Assembly: GCA_964448115.1 (NCBI GenBank)
Contig: CAYUVA010000040.1
Coordinates: 1-43,589, forward strand
DNA length: 43,589 bases
Source: an uncultured bacterium
GTDB lineage: Bacteria; CAYUVA01
Reading direction: 5' to 3'
A program made the translations under genes and the position numbers. Below are positions 1-8,921 of this stretch, in pieces. Numbering within the stretch: the first letter of the stretch is position 1; every line of letters starts with the position of its first letter. The notes beneath the pieces were generated by a model. That model did not search any database. It was not told where the DNA came from and worked only from the letters and a program-made list of their open reading frames with translations.

Positions 1-4
1 TGGA

Positions 5-153
5 GTGAGGCGTGAGGCTTGGTTATTGAACCACAAAGGCACCAAGGCACGAAGAAATTAAAGAAATAATCACGCAAAGACGCAAAGACGCAAAGACACC
101 AAGGCACAAAGAGGAAAGTGATACCGTGATACCGTGATAAGGTGATACCGTGA
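5..153. repeat. Cluster of short tandem 7-8 bp intergenic repeats downstream of rtcB
   Basis: GTGAGGC x2 (5-18); CACAAAGG-CACCAAGG-CACGAAGA (32-55); CGCAAAGA x3 + CACCAAGG + CACAAAGA (73-112); GTGATACC x2, GTGATAAG, GTGATACC (118-149). Confidence 0.85.
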
Positions 154-172
154 AGAGAGGATGGTTAAACAA

Positions 173-267
173 GGTTAACTGATTCAGCGCTGAAACAGTT
201 ACCAGGTATCAGGTTAGGCGCGGGGGAGAGAATTTAGGTTAACTGGATCACCGGTGATCCAATAACC
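173..267. repeat. Two related 31-nt palindromic hairpins
   Basis: 173-203 GGTTAACTG-ATTCAGCGCTGAAA-CAGTTACC and 237-267 GGTTAACTG-GATCACCGGTGATC-CAATAACC. 244-261 TGGATCACCGGTGATCCA is a perfect palindrome. Confidence 0.7.
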
Positions 268-292
268 ACCCTCCCTTAGCATAAGCTCAAGC

Positions 293-1741
293 CTATCCCT
301 TAAGTACCACCAGTGGCTTCATTCGAGCTACTTTTCTTGAGAGACCAGCCTGGTGCACGACCTCAATTACATCCTCGATATCCTTATAAGCCTCCGGCAT
401 CTCCTCAGCAAGGGCGGCGAAGCCTGGTGCTCGTGCAATGACGCCCCGCTGCTCCATCATCGCCTTTAGGTCTTTACCCCTGGCGGCAGCCTTAGCCTTG
501 ACCCGGCTGAGCACCCTTCCAGCTCCATGACAGGTGCTGCCGAAGGTCTCTTGCATAGCTTTCTCTGTGCCCACAAGAATATATGAGGCTCTGCCCATGT
601 CGCCGGGTATAAGTACCGGCTGCCCAATGTGCCTGTATTTGACGGGGACTTCGCTATGTCCGGGTCCAAAGGCGCGGGTAGCTCCTTTTCTATGCACAGC
701 GACCTTGACATTCTTTCCATCTATTTTATGAGTCTCGATCTTGACTATGTTATGTGCCACATCGTAGATCAGGACCATGTTTATCTGGTTGGGGGTCATG
801 TTGAGCAGCTTGGGGAACTGGTCCTTGATTATAGCCATGAGCATCTGTCGATTAGCCCAGGCATAATTTGCAGCGCATCTCATCGCACCCATATATCGTT
901 TACCCTCGTCAGATTCGACTGGCGCACAGGCAAGCTGTTTATCTCGCAAGGTTATGTTGTACTTGGCGGCAGCTTTGTTCATCAGCGCTAGATAATCAGT
1001 ACAGACCTGGTGTCCGAAGCCGCGACTACCTGAATGCACCATCACCGTGATCTGTCCCTTGAATAGCCCGAAGACTTGTGCAGCCTTCTCATCGAAGATC
1101 TCGTCAACCACCTGTACCTCGACGAAGTGATTACCGCTGCCTAGAGTGCCAACCTGCTCGACTCCGCGCTTAAACGCTCGATTGCTAACCTGGTTCGGAT
1201 CGGCGTCTGGCAGGCAACCGCCTGACTCACAGTGTTCGAGGTCGAGCTGCTCGCCATATCCACGATTTACTATATATGCAGCCCCGTGGATGAGCACCTG
1301 GCGAACCTCCTTATTGCTCAGCCTCAGATAGCCGGTTGATCCAACGCCGAGGGGTACATTGGCGAAAAGCCCATCTGCTAGCGTGGTCAGCTTAGCCTTG
1401 ATCGAATCCCAAGTGAGGTCGGTGCGCATCATTCTTACGCCGCAATTTATGTCAAAGCCGACCCCGCCGGGGGTTACCACACCCTCCTTGACATCAGTTG
1501 CGACCACTCCGCCGATGGGCAAGCCGTAGCCATAGTGCGCATCGGGCATGGCAAGCGCAGCCACCTGGATGCCGGGGAGGCTCGCCGAGTTGACCACCTG
1601 CTTTATGGTCTCATCCTCTCTTATCGCTTTCATCAGCCTTTCCGAGGCATAAACGATTCCATCGACCCTCATGCCAAGCGATTTCTCGCGGGGAATGCGA
1701 AACTTGTAGTCGCTCAATTTTTCTATCCTGAATGCACTCAT
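293..1741 (-). CDS. rtcB: RNA-splicing/repair ligase RtcB (long, ~480 aa type)
   Basis: RtcB motifs MPDAHYGYGLPIGGV, GFDINCGVR, GTLGSGNHFVEVQ, HSGSRG, YDVAHN, HRKGATRAF, STCHGAGR, EEMPEAYK. Confidence 0.97.
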   Translation of the reverse strand: MSAFRIEKLSDYKFRIPREKSLGMRVDGIVYASERLMKAIREDETIKQVVNSASLPGIQVAALAMPDAHYGYGLPIGGVVATDVKEGVVTPGGVGFDINCGVRMMRTDLTWDSIKAKLTTLADGLFANVPLGVGSTGYLRLSNKEVRQVLIHGAAYIVNRGYGEQLDLEHCESGGCLPDADPNQVSNRAFKRGVEQVGTLGSGNHFVEVQVVDEIFDEKAAQVFGLFKGQITVMVHSGSRGFGHQVCTDYLALMNKAAAKYNITLRDKQLACAPVESDEGKRYMGAMRCAANYAWANRQMLMAIIKDQFPKLLNMTPNQINMVLIYDVAHNIVKIETHKIDGKNVKVAVHRKGATRAFGPGHSEVPVKYRHIGQPVLIPGDMGRASYILVGTEKAMQETFGSTCHGAGRVLSRVKAKAAARGKDLKAMMEQRGVIARAPGFAALAEEMPEAYKDIEDVIEVVHQAGLSRKVARMKPLVVLKG

Positions 1742-1782
1742 TTATTTCAATCCTTTATTCTCAAACCTAAAGCATTTTTTGT

Positions 1783-3636
1783 CTATTCGATCGTCAAGTA
1801 GGGCCAGGGTAGGCTTTGGTTTCCCTGCTGGTCAGTTGCAATGACCTCAAGCAGAAACTGTCCGTAAGAGTTCTCTGCAAGCTCCCTAATATAGGTCTCC
1901 ATAGTATATATGCCATCGCCAGCGACGACATCTCCGAACATCCCGTCATCGCGTAGCAAGACCCCAGTCGGCGAACCGGCAAAATACAACTCAACGCTCG
2001 CAATGTCGGATAGCCCCTGCGCATCGGTTACGCCAATCCAGAGGGTCAAAAGTCCTTCACCGCCGGCTATGAGCTGCGTATCCCAATAGCCGCCAAACAG
2101 GATAACAGGGCGATCCGAAGACCTTGCCGAACAATTGCTAGATATATGCTGTCGATAGATGCTCTGCCAGTTCGGAGTATAGCAGGCATAAGAGATACCA
2201 TCAGCGGATGAATATTGGTTACCGCGCAGTATGTTCAAATATGGCCATAGCAGGCTCTCGTTGCCAGCATAGTCCCTCGCCACCAGCTCGAATGTATACC
2301 GGTTGGGTGCGATATCGCCGCCAACCTGGGCAACCACCAGTGAATAAACCCCATCGCCAGCCATCATATCGCCGCTCGTGCCATCGTCGTAAAGATAAAC
2401 GCCGGTAGGGTGCTTGAACCAGAGAAGCTCTACATTACCGATCCCGATATTGTCCAGAACATAAGCCAAGAGCACAAAATGCCCCCCGATCCCTGACCCA
2501 ATGGAGGTGTCCATATAGCCAGCGAGCCTTATTTCAGGCAGAATTGCATCCTGTATGCTCGACTCTCGGTTGGAGTAACCGCTCTCCCAGTAGCAGGCAT
2601 CGCGCGCCTTGACACGATAATAATAGCGCACGCTGTCATCGAGACCGCTGAAGGTGTGGCAGGTCCCTTCGATCCAGCCGCTGATCGAGGCTATCTCATT
2701 AAAGTTGATGTCGAGCGCACATTGCGCAAGGTACTGCCAGGCGCCGGAGCTAGACTCATCGGACCAGCAGACCTGGTTGGAGGTGCCTGCCGTGTATTCA
2801 GGCTCATCGAACAGGTAGGGCGCATTAGGGGGAGCTGTTGCCGTGCAGGTAACCGATGGCGTTGCGGTCGGGGTCGCTGCGCCTGTAGGCGTATCGGTTG
2901 GCGTGGAGGTGATTTGGGTTGGAGTAGCGGTATTGTTGGTGCCTGTGGGGGTAGATGTCGGCGCGGTAGGTGTTATGGTAGGCGTTGCGGTAGGGGTGCT
3001 CGGCGTTTGAGTAGCTGTTGCCGTGGGGGTAGGTCCCTGCACATTTGGTCCCTCAATCTCCACGCGAATAGTCCAGTCTCCAGAAACGCCGAAGTCATCG
3101 CAATAATGCCATTCCCAAGCCTTTTTGGTGTTCACCCACATGACATTGTTATGATAGGTTATTCCATCTCGGTCAGCGCCTAGAGCAGGCGGATAATCAA
3201 AGCGATGCTCAAGAACAATTACGAACCTGCCCTCGTTTATGGTGATGTTGTAGGACTGCATGTCAACATCGTTCCAGTTGTGCGAATAGAGGGTGTATGC
3301 CTCGGTTACGGCAAGGAGCGTTCCCGGCTCCGGCAGGTTGCTTCCTGCCTCGTAAATGCGAAAGTTGAATTCATTGCTGGTCTCGTAGGCTGAGCCGAGA
3401 AACACGCGGACCGTCTTTATATTTATCGGGTACTCGTAGCCTTGTGCCTCATATATCTGTCCGAAGTACTCATTTGCCACTGTGCCAGGATAAACAGTAA
3501 CCTCGCCGCCCTCGAAGGAGTCGTGTTGCAGCCACCTGGATCCGCAAAATGCCTGAACTGCGCTGAGCACAGATATAAGCAGAAGGACAGATGGCACTAT
3601 GAACAATCGAGTCAATCTTTCATTCATGAATCTCAT
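1783..3636 (-). CDS. Secreted modular protein: N-terminal beta domain, Pro/Thr linker, FN3-like domain, two tandem copies of the shared C-terminal GYxD/DDG-GD-GDG/WPYL domain
   Basis: Hydrophobic signal peptide; ~70 aa PT-rich linker; FN3-like W...L...YYYRVKARD segment; repeated C-terminal domain ending WPYLTIE. The true start could be the second Met (3627). Confidence 0.85.
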   Translation of the reverse strand: MRFMNERLTRLFIVPSVLLLISVLSAVQAFCGSRWLQHDSFEGGEVTVYPGTVANEYFGQIYEAQGYEYPINIKTVRVFLGSAYETSNEFNFRIYEAGSNLPEPGTLLAVTEAYTLYSHNWNDVDMQSYNITINEGRFVIVLEHRFDYPPALGADRDGITYHNNVMWVNTKKAWEWHYCDDFGVSGDWTIRVEIEGPNVQGPTPTATATQTPSTPTATPTITPTAPTSTPTGTNNTATPTQITSTPTDTPTGAATPTATPSVTCTATAPPNAPYLFDEPEYTAGTSNQVCWSDESSSGAWQYLAQCALDINFNEIASISGWIEGTCHTFSGLDDSVRYYYRVKARDACYWESGYSNRESSIQDAILPEIRLAGYMDTSIGSGIGGHFVLLAYVLDNIGIGNVELLWFKHPTGVYLYDDGTSGDMMAGDGVYSLVVAQVGGDIAPNRYTFELVARDYAGNESLLWPYLNILRGNQYSSADGISYACYTPNWQSIYRQHISSNCSARSSDRPVILFGGYWDTQLIAGGEGLLTLWIGVTDAQGLSDIASVELYFAGSPTGVLLRDDGMFGDVVAGDGIYTMETYIRELAENSYGQFLLEVIATDQQGNQSLPWPYLTIE

Positions 3637-3801
3637 ACGATAATAAGTATATCAAAGATGGCAGGTGATTTGCTAAAAGTAATATGCGAATTAATCATTT
3701 GCTTCCATTTGATCGATTCAATATTCCCAAAAAATGTGGATATTATTTTACGATGACATAAAGATTATCTTTAAATTTATATTTTATTATATCCAGTCAG
3801 G

Positions 3802-4158
3802 CTATTGTAATTCAATCTCCCCCTCTCCTACCGGCTCCCATGAAGTATGCAGGTACGCCTTGGGCGGAGAATCTAAAAAGGAGATGTAGATAGGCTTTTC
3901 ATTGCGCAGCATATCGAGAACATCGTAATACATGCTCACCGGGAGGTGCATCTTGATCTCCTCGATTTCATCCTTTCGGTTGCGGATAATGCTGTCAACC
4001 TTAGGCTCTACGCTGGGATCATCGAAACATAGACTTGCGATCTTCTTCTTATCTTCATTGTAAAGAAAGATGATCACTCGATGCTGCACGGCAGTTGTTG
4101 GTCCTCCCTGAAAGGAGATATTGTACTTACTGATCTCATGGGTCTTTAATCTTTTCAT
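3802..4158 (-). CDS. Hypothetical protein (118 aa, C-terminal DMLRNEKP...EPVGEGE)
   Basis: The ORF track gives 3802..4290, but GGAGG lies ~10 nt upstream of the ATG at 4158 (MKRLKT...), which is the more likely start. Confidence 0.7.
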   Translation of the reverse strand: MKRLKTHEISKYNISFQGGPTTAVQHRVIIFLYNEDKKKIASLCFDDPSVEPKVDSIIRNRKDEIEEIKMHLPVSMYYDVLDMLRNEKPIYISFLDSPPKAYLHTSWEPVGEGEIELQ

Positions 4159-4377
4159 TGAATATGATCCTCCGGCTAAAATGCAGATGTAATAATATTC
4201 TGTCTCACCTTCAGCATAAAAGATACCAGTATTTTTTCTTTCAAACAAGGTCATGTATGCAAGAAATTTTTGGTTGAAGGAGAAATGCAAATTTCCTAGG
4301 AACCATAACAGCTATCGCGCTGTTACATATTTTAGATTACAGGATAAAGTTGATCATAAACCTAAGATAATGGGACG

Positions 4378-6099
4378 ATGAAGACTAGCGAGAGGTTCGG
4401 AGAGTACCTGGTGCGCAAAGGCTTAGTCTCTCAGGACGAGCTGGACAAGGCGCTACGCATACATAAGGATCGAAACAAGCGTCTCGGTGAGACCCTAGTT
4501 GAACTGGGCATCCTGCATGAAAAAAGTTACCTGGAGATCCTCGGTGAGTATATTGGGATTCCGTTTATAACACTCAAGGATTTCCCACAGGATATACAGC
4601 CCCCGGTAGAGCTATCTCCCGAATTCATGCGCCAATACCGCATTTTTCCTCTGGAGCTTTCCAATGGAGACCTGAAGCTAGCAATGGTTGATCCCCTGGA
4701 TCTATATACAATCGATGATATCGAGACCGCTACTGGACTAACCGTCAAGCCGGTTCTCTGCCTGGAAAAGGAGCTGATGAGTGCCATAGAAAACTACGCC
4801 AGCGGCGGGGCATCACAGGTTGACAAGATAGTCGATGATATGACCGAAGAGGAGCTTTCTATATATACCCAGGATGTCATGGAAGACGAGGAGATGCTCA
4901 GGGATATGGCATCCGAGGCGCCGGTGATCAAGCTGGTAAACCTTATGATCCAGGAAGCTGTAGAAAGAGATGCCAGCGATATACACATCGAGCCGTTCGA
5001 GAATGCACTGAAGGTTCGATATCGAATCGATGGTATCCTGCATGATGTGGAGGCTCCGCCAAAGAAGATACAGGCTGCGGTCATCTCCCGCATCAAGTTG
5101 ATGGCACAGATGAACATCGCTGAACGGCGCCTACCCCAAGACGGTCGCATTATGACCCGGGCGGCTGGAAAGAAGATCGATATGAGAGTCTCAACCGTAC
5201 CAACGCTGCACGGAGAGAGCGTTGTAATGAGGATCCTTGACCAGTCAAGCTCGCTTCTAACCCTGCAACAGCTCGGGTTTGAGCCGGACCACCTGCAAAA
5301 GTTCCAGAACATAATAGTAATGCCTCATGGCATATTTCTGGTAACCGGTCCAACCGGCAGCGGTAAAACTACCACCCTTTATGCTGCGCTGGACAAGATA
5401 AATTCGCCAGAGAAGAAGATTATCACCATCGAGGAGCCGGTGGAATACCAATTGATGGGGGTCAATCAGATCCAGGTGCGAAACAAGATCGGTCTCACCT
5501 TTGCCAAGGGCTTACGCCATATAGTCCGTCAGGATCCCGATATCATCATGGTCGGCGAGATCCGTGACCTGGAGACAGCAGATATCGCCGTTCATGCAGC
5601 ACTAACCGGACACCTCGTCTTCTCTACGCTTCACACCAATGATGCCTGCGGCGCCATCACTCGACTTATGGATATGGGGATAGAGAATTACCTGGTTTCA
5701 TCCGTGCTGGTCGGCGTATTGGCTCAACGGCTGGTCAGGGTCCTTTGTCCACACTGTAAGGAGGCTATAAAACCGAGCCAAGAGGTGCTTTCGGAGCTGG
5801 AGCTGCACAATGATGAAAACGAAAAGATAGACCGTATCTACCAGGCGGTCGGCTGTGAGAAATGTAACCATACCGGATACAAAGGCAGGAAGGGCATTTT
5901 CGAGCTGCTGGTTCTGAACGATGAGATACATAAACTAATCATGGACAAGGCACCGGCTAACATCATAAAACGAAGAGCAAGAGAGCAGGGAATGCGCACC
6001 CTGCGCCAAGATGGATGGGCTAAGGTGAGACAAGGCATTACCACCATCGAGGAGGTCTTCAGGGTTACCCAAGAGGAAGAGACCATCGCCAAGATTTAA
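4378..6099 (+). CDS. gspE: Type II secretion ATPase GspE with N-terminal MshEN-like domain
   Basis: ASDIHIEP, ERRLPQDGR, Walker A GPTGSGKT, RQDPDIIMVGEIRD, TGHLVFSTLHTND, Cys4 CPHC/CEKC. Confidence 0.96.
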   Translation: MKTSERFGEYLVRKGLVSQDELDKALRIHKDRNKRLGETLVELGILHEKSYLEILGEYIGIPFITLKDFPQDIQPPVELSPEFMRQYRIFPLELSNGDLKLAMVDPLDLYTIDDIETATGLTVKPVLCLEKELMSAIENYASGGASQVDKIVDDMTEEELSIYTQDVMEDEEMLRDMASEAPVIKLVNLMIQEAVERDASDIHIEPFENALKVRYRIDGILHDVEAPPKKIQAAVISRIKLMAQMNIAERRLPQDGRIMTRAAGKKIDMRVSTVPTLHGESVVMRILDQSSSLLTLQQLGFEPDHLQKFQNIIVMPHGIFLVTGPTGSGKTTTLYAALDKINSPEKKIITIEEPVEYQLMGVNQIQVRNKIGLTFAKGLRHIVRQDPDIIMVGEIRDLETADIAVHAALTGHLVFSTLHTNDACGAITRLMDMGIENYLVSSVLVGVLAQRLVRVLCPHCKEAIKPSQEVLSELELHNDENEKIDRIYQAVGCEKCNHTGYKGRKGIFELLVLNDEIHKLIMDKAPANIIKRRAREQGMRTLRQDGWAKVRQGITTIEEVFRVTQEEETIAKI

Positions 6100-6127
6100 T
6101 GGAACTTACTGGCTCTAAGAGGTAATT

Positions 6128-7348
6128 ATGGCAGTATTCGAGTACCAGGCGAGCGACCCATCAGGAAATGTCATCAAGGGCGAGATGGAAGCAAAAGACC
6201 GCGCCGCGGTGATCAAGCGTCTGCAAAGCCAGCGCTTCTATCCCCTGAGAGTAAATCAGAAGGTGGAGAAAAAGGGGCTATCCACCGAGATCTCGCTCAA
6301 GGACATATTCTCCAGGATTACCAGCAAAGATGTGATGAACTTTACCCACCAGCTCGCCGCTTTAACCGATGCTGGCTTACCCCTTGACCGCAGCCTCCGC
6401 ATATTGGCTAACCTGGCTGAGAAGCCCCGATTAAAGGCGGTGCTGGAGGATATAGTCAGGAATGTCGAGGGTGGAAGCACCTTTGCTGATGCCCTGGCTC
6501 GCCATCCCAAGCTGTTCAATCGCCTTTATATAAATATGGTTCGCTCTGGCGAGGCTGGCGGAGTTCTGGAGAAGATCCTGGTTCGTCTTGCAGAGTTCAT
6601 GGAGAGCACCCAGGAGCTGAAATCCGAGGTGGTTTCCGCTCTGATTTACCCGGTCATCCTTGTCTTTGTAGGTGGCGCTGCAGTAGCGATGCTTATCACC
6701 TATGTTGTTCCTAAGTTTGCCAGGATCTTCGAGGATATGCACGCTGCCATTCCGCTCCCTACGCTTATACTTCTTGATTTGGCTAATTTCCTCAAGATGT
6801 ATTACTGGGCAATAATCTTGGGCATACTATTCTTTGCTGTCCTATTTCGCTATTACCTGCGCACCGAGAGCGGAAGGTATAACTTTGATGTATTGTCCTT
6901 GAAGCTCCCAATTATCAAGGATCTTATAACCAAGATGGAGGTCTCTCGTTTCTCCAGAACCCTGGGAACTTTATACCGAAACGGTGTGCCGTTGCTACAG
7001 GCTTTGTCCATAACAAAGGAAATCCTGGGCAACGAGGTTATAAAAAAATCGATAACAGAGGTCTATAGCGGCATCAAGGAAGGCTCCGGCATCGCGGAAC
7101 CGCTGGGCAATAGCGGTGTCTTTCCACCACTGTCCATCCACATGCTCGAAGTCGGCGAGGAGACCGGCAACCTCGAGGATATGCTGCTTAAGATCGCTGA
7201 TACCTACGAGAACGAGGTCAAGGTGGCGGTCAACAGGGCAGCACGACTACTGGAACCTATGATGATTATTATCATGGGAGTTGTGGTCGGATTTATAGTC
7301 GTATCCATGCTTTATGCCATATTCTCGGTGAACGATATACCTATGTAA
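6128..7348 (+). CDS. gspF: Type II secretion inner-membrane platform protein GspF
   Basis: AGLPL, GEAGGVL, ALIYP, VVPKF, GEETGNL, LLEP motifs; three hydrophobic segments; follows gspE. Confidence 0.95.
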   Translation: MAVFEYQASDPSGNVIKGEMEAKDRAAVIKRLQSQRFYPLRVNQKVEKKGLSTEISLKDIFSRITSKDVMNFTHQLAALTDAGLPLDRSLRILANLAEKPRLKAVLEDIVRNVEGGSTFADALARHPKLFNRLYINMVRSGEAGGVLEKILVRLAEFMESTQELKSEVVSALIYPVILVFVGGAAVAMLITYVVPKFARIFEDMHAAIPLPTLILLDLANFLKMYYWAIILGILFFAVLFRYYLRTESGRYNFDVLSLKLPIIKDLITKMEVSRFSRTLGTLYRNGVPLLQALSITKEILGNEVIKKSITEVYSGIKEGSGIAEPLGNSGVFPPLSIHMLEVGEETGNLEDMLLKIADTYENEVKVAVNRAARLLEPMMIIIMGVVVGFIVVSMLYAIFSVNDIPM

Positions 7349-7375
7349 GAACTTATTGAGTCATAAGGAGAATAG

Positions 7376-7786
7376 ATGATGTTGCTTCTAAAAATAATCA
7401 AACGTATAGGCGAAAGAAGAACAAATAACGATAGCGGTTTTACACTCATCGAACTGATCGTGGTCATGGTCATCCTGGGGCTGCTGGCAAGCATCGTTAT
7501 CCCCAAGTTCACCGGACGCACCGAGGAGGCGAGGAGAAAAACCGCTCGCACCCAGATATCGCAGTTGCAGACCGCCTGCGAGCTGTATCGGGTTGATAAC
7601 GGGCGCTATCCCAACTCGCTCGAGGAGCTTACTGCTGTCAACTCCGAGACTGGCGAAAGATACATGGACAAGATCCCCAAGGATCCTTGGGGCGAGGACT
7701 ATGTTTACGAGGTTACCGATGGCGGCAAATCACTGCGCATTACCTCCAGCGGTGGTGAGGGAGAGCCGATTAGCAACCTAGACTGA
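7376..7786 (+). CDS. gspG: Major pseudopilin GspG
   Basis: Class III signal G|FTLIELIVVMVILGLLASIVIP; YRVDNGRYP and IPKDPWGEDYVY motifs; AAGGAG RBS. Confidence 0.92.
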   Translation: MMLLLKIIKRIGERRTNNDSGFTLIELIVVMVILGLLASIVIPKFTGRTEEARRKTARTQISQLQTACELYRVDNGRYPNSLEELTAVNSETGERYMDKIPKDPWGEDYVYEVTDGGKSLRITSSGGEGEPISNLD

Positions 7787-7846
7787 GCAAACAAGATCAG
7801 GATAAACCTTCCAGAAATAGCGTTCACAATTTTATCGCCCAGTAAC

Positions 7847-8467
7847 ATGAGATCACCAGGGTTCATACAGGCTATAAGGAAAAGCGAGAATGGCTTCACC
7901 CTCATCGAGGTGATCCTGGTCATGGCTCTGCTGGGTATCAGCCTAAGCATCGTGCTCCCACGATTCATCGGCACTTTAGACAATATACGACTAAAGACCT
8001 CTACTAAGCGGGTCGCATCCTGCCTGCGCTATGCTAGAAGCAGGGCTATAGCGCTCAAGACCACGACCTCCATATCCTTCGGGCTTGAGGATGGTAGCAT
8101 CAAGGTCAAGGCGGATAATCCCCCAGTAAAAGTCCCCAGCGCAAAAGAAGATGATGACAATAATAAAAAGGATCTCCCCTTCATCGCGGAGAAGAGCCGG
8201 AGCAAAGGGGGATCGGTTGAGCTTTACGACTCCAAGCTGCCTGGCGAGGTGGAGATGCAAGCCTGGAGCGAGGAGCTTTCCGATGTTCTTCTCGAAGGAA
8301 CCGTTACCATCGAGTTTTATCCCAAGGGGAATAGCTCTGGGGGAACATTATTTCTGCTTTTGCAAAACGGTCACTACTTCGTGATCGAGGTCGATGCTGT
8401 TACCGGCAGGGTGTTGGTTACTGAGGAGTTTGCTGACTATATCCCTCGATACACAGAATATTATTAA
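7847..8467 (+). CDS. gspH: Minor pseudopilin GspH/FimT-like
   Basis: G|FTLIEVILVM prepilin motif; LRYARSRAI, IEFYPKG..SGG, VDAVTGRV; position after gspG. Confidence 0.85.
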   Translation: MRSPGFIQAIRKSENGFTLIEVILVMALLGISLSIVLPRFIGTLDNIRLKTSTKRVASCLRYARSRAIALKTTTSISFGLEDGSIKVKADNPPVKVPSAKEDDDNNKKDLPFIAEKSRSKGGSVELYDSKLPGEVEMQAWSEELSDVLLEGTVTIEFYPKGNSSGGTLFLLLQNGHYFVIEVDAVTGRVLVTEEFADYIPRYTEYY

Positions 8468-8477
8468 AAGTATTGAA

Positions 8478-8921
8478 ATGAGAGCAAAACAAACAGGTTT
8501 CACCCTTATCGAGGTTATCATCGCCATGTCGATCCTTGCCATCTCGATTACCTCTCTTATGGAGCTATTCACCATAAGCCTCAAGGGGGTTAGGGTAAGC
8601 CGGGAGACGACTTTTGCCTCCATACTTGCCAAGAGCAAGATGAGCGAGCTAATGCTGCAAAGAGAGGTCAAGCCGGGCGGTGAATCAGGCACCTTCGAGC
8701 AATTCGGGGGAATCTATGATTATGAGACCATGATAGAGGAGTATGAGCTTCCAAACCTGGTCAAGGAGGGCGCACTAGACTTCGATAGCGTATCTGATGC
8801 TCCGGTGGAAGAGGAGGATTTATATAAAACTTACAAGATTACCGTTGTGGTGAGCTGGGGAGGACGCAAGGTTACGCTCACAACCATAAGGGTGCAGTAC
8901 GAGAACCCGGAGGCGATGTGA
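8478..8921 (+). CDS. gspI: Minor pseudopilin GspI
   Basis: MRAKQTG|FTLIEVIIAM; C-terminal YKITVVVSW. Start reassigned to the ATG at 8478 (the track start at 8394 overlaps gspH). Confidence 0.82.
   Translation: MRAKQTGFTLIEVIIAMSILAISITSLMELFTISLKGVRVSRETTFASILAKSKMSELMLQREVKPGGESGTFEQFGGIYDYETMIEEYELPNLVKEGALDFDSVSDAPVEEEDLYKTYKITVVVSWGGRKVTLTTIRVQYENPEAM

Noticed and set aside
1-290. Possible CRISPR array
   Set aside because: Repeats are 7-8 bp and contiguous with no unique spacers. The 31-nt hairpins occur only twice and differ internally. No cas genes are present.
2656-3183. Arg/Gly/Cys-rich 175-aa plus-strand ORF
   Set aside because: Its composition is the antisense reading of the PT linker of the 617-aa gene.
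8394-8477. Extended N-terminus of gspI (similarly 10894-10959 for gspL and 4159-4290 for the hypothetical gene)
   Set aside because: Downstream ATGs fit the prepilin motif position or RBS better and avoid long overlaps.
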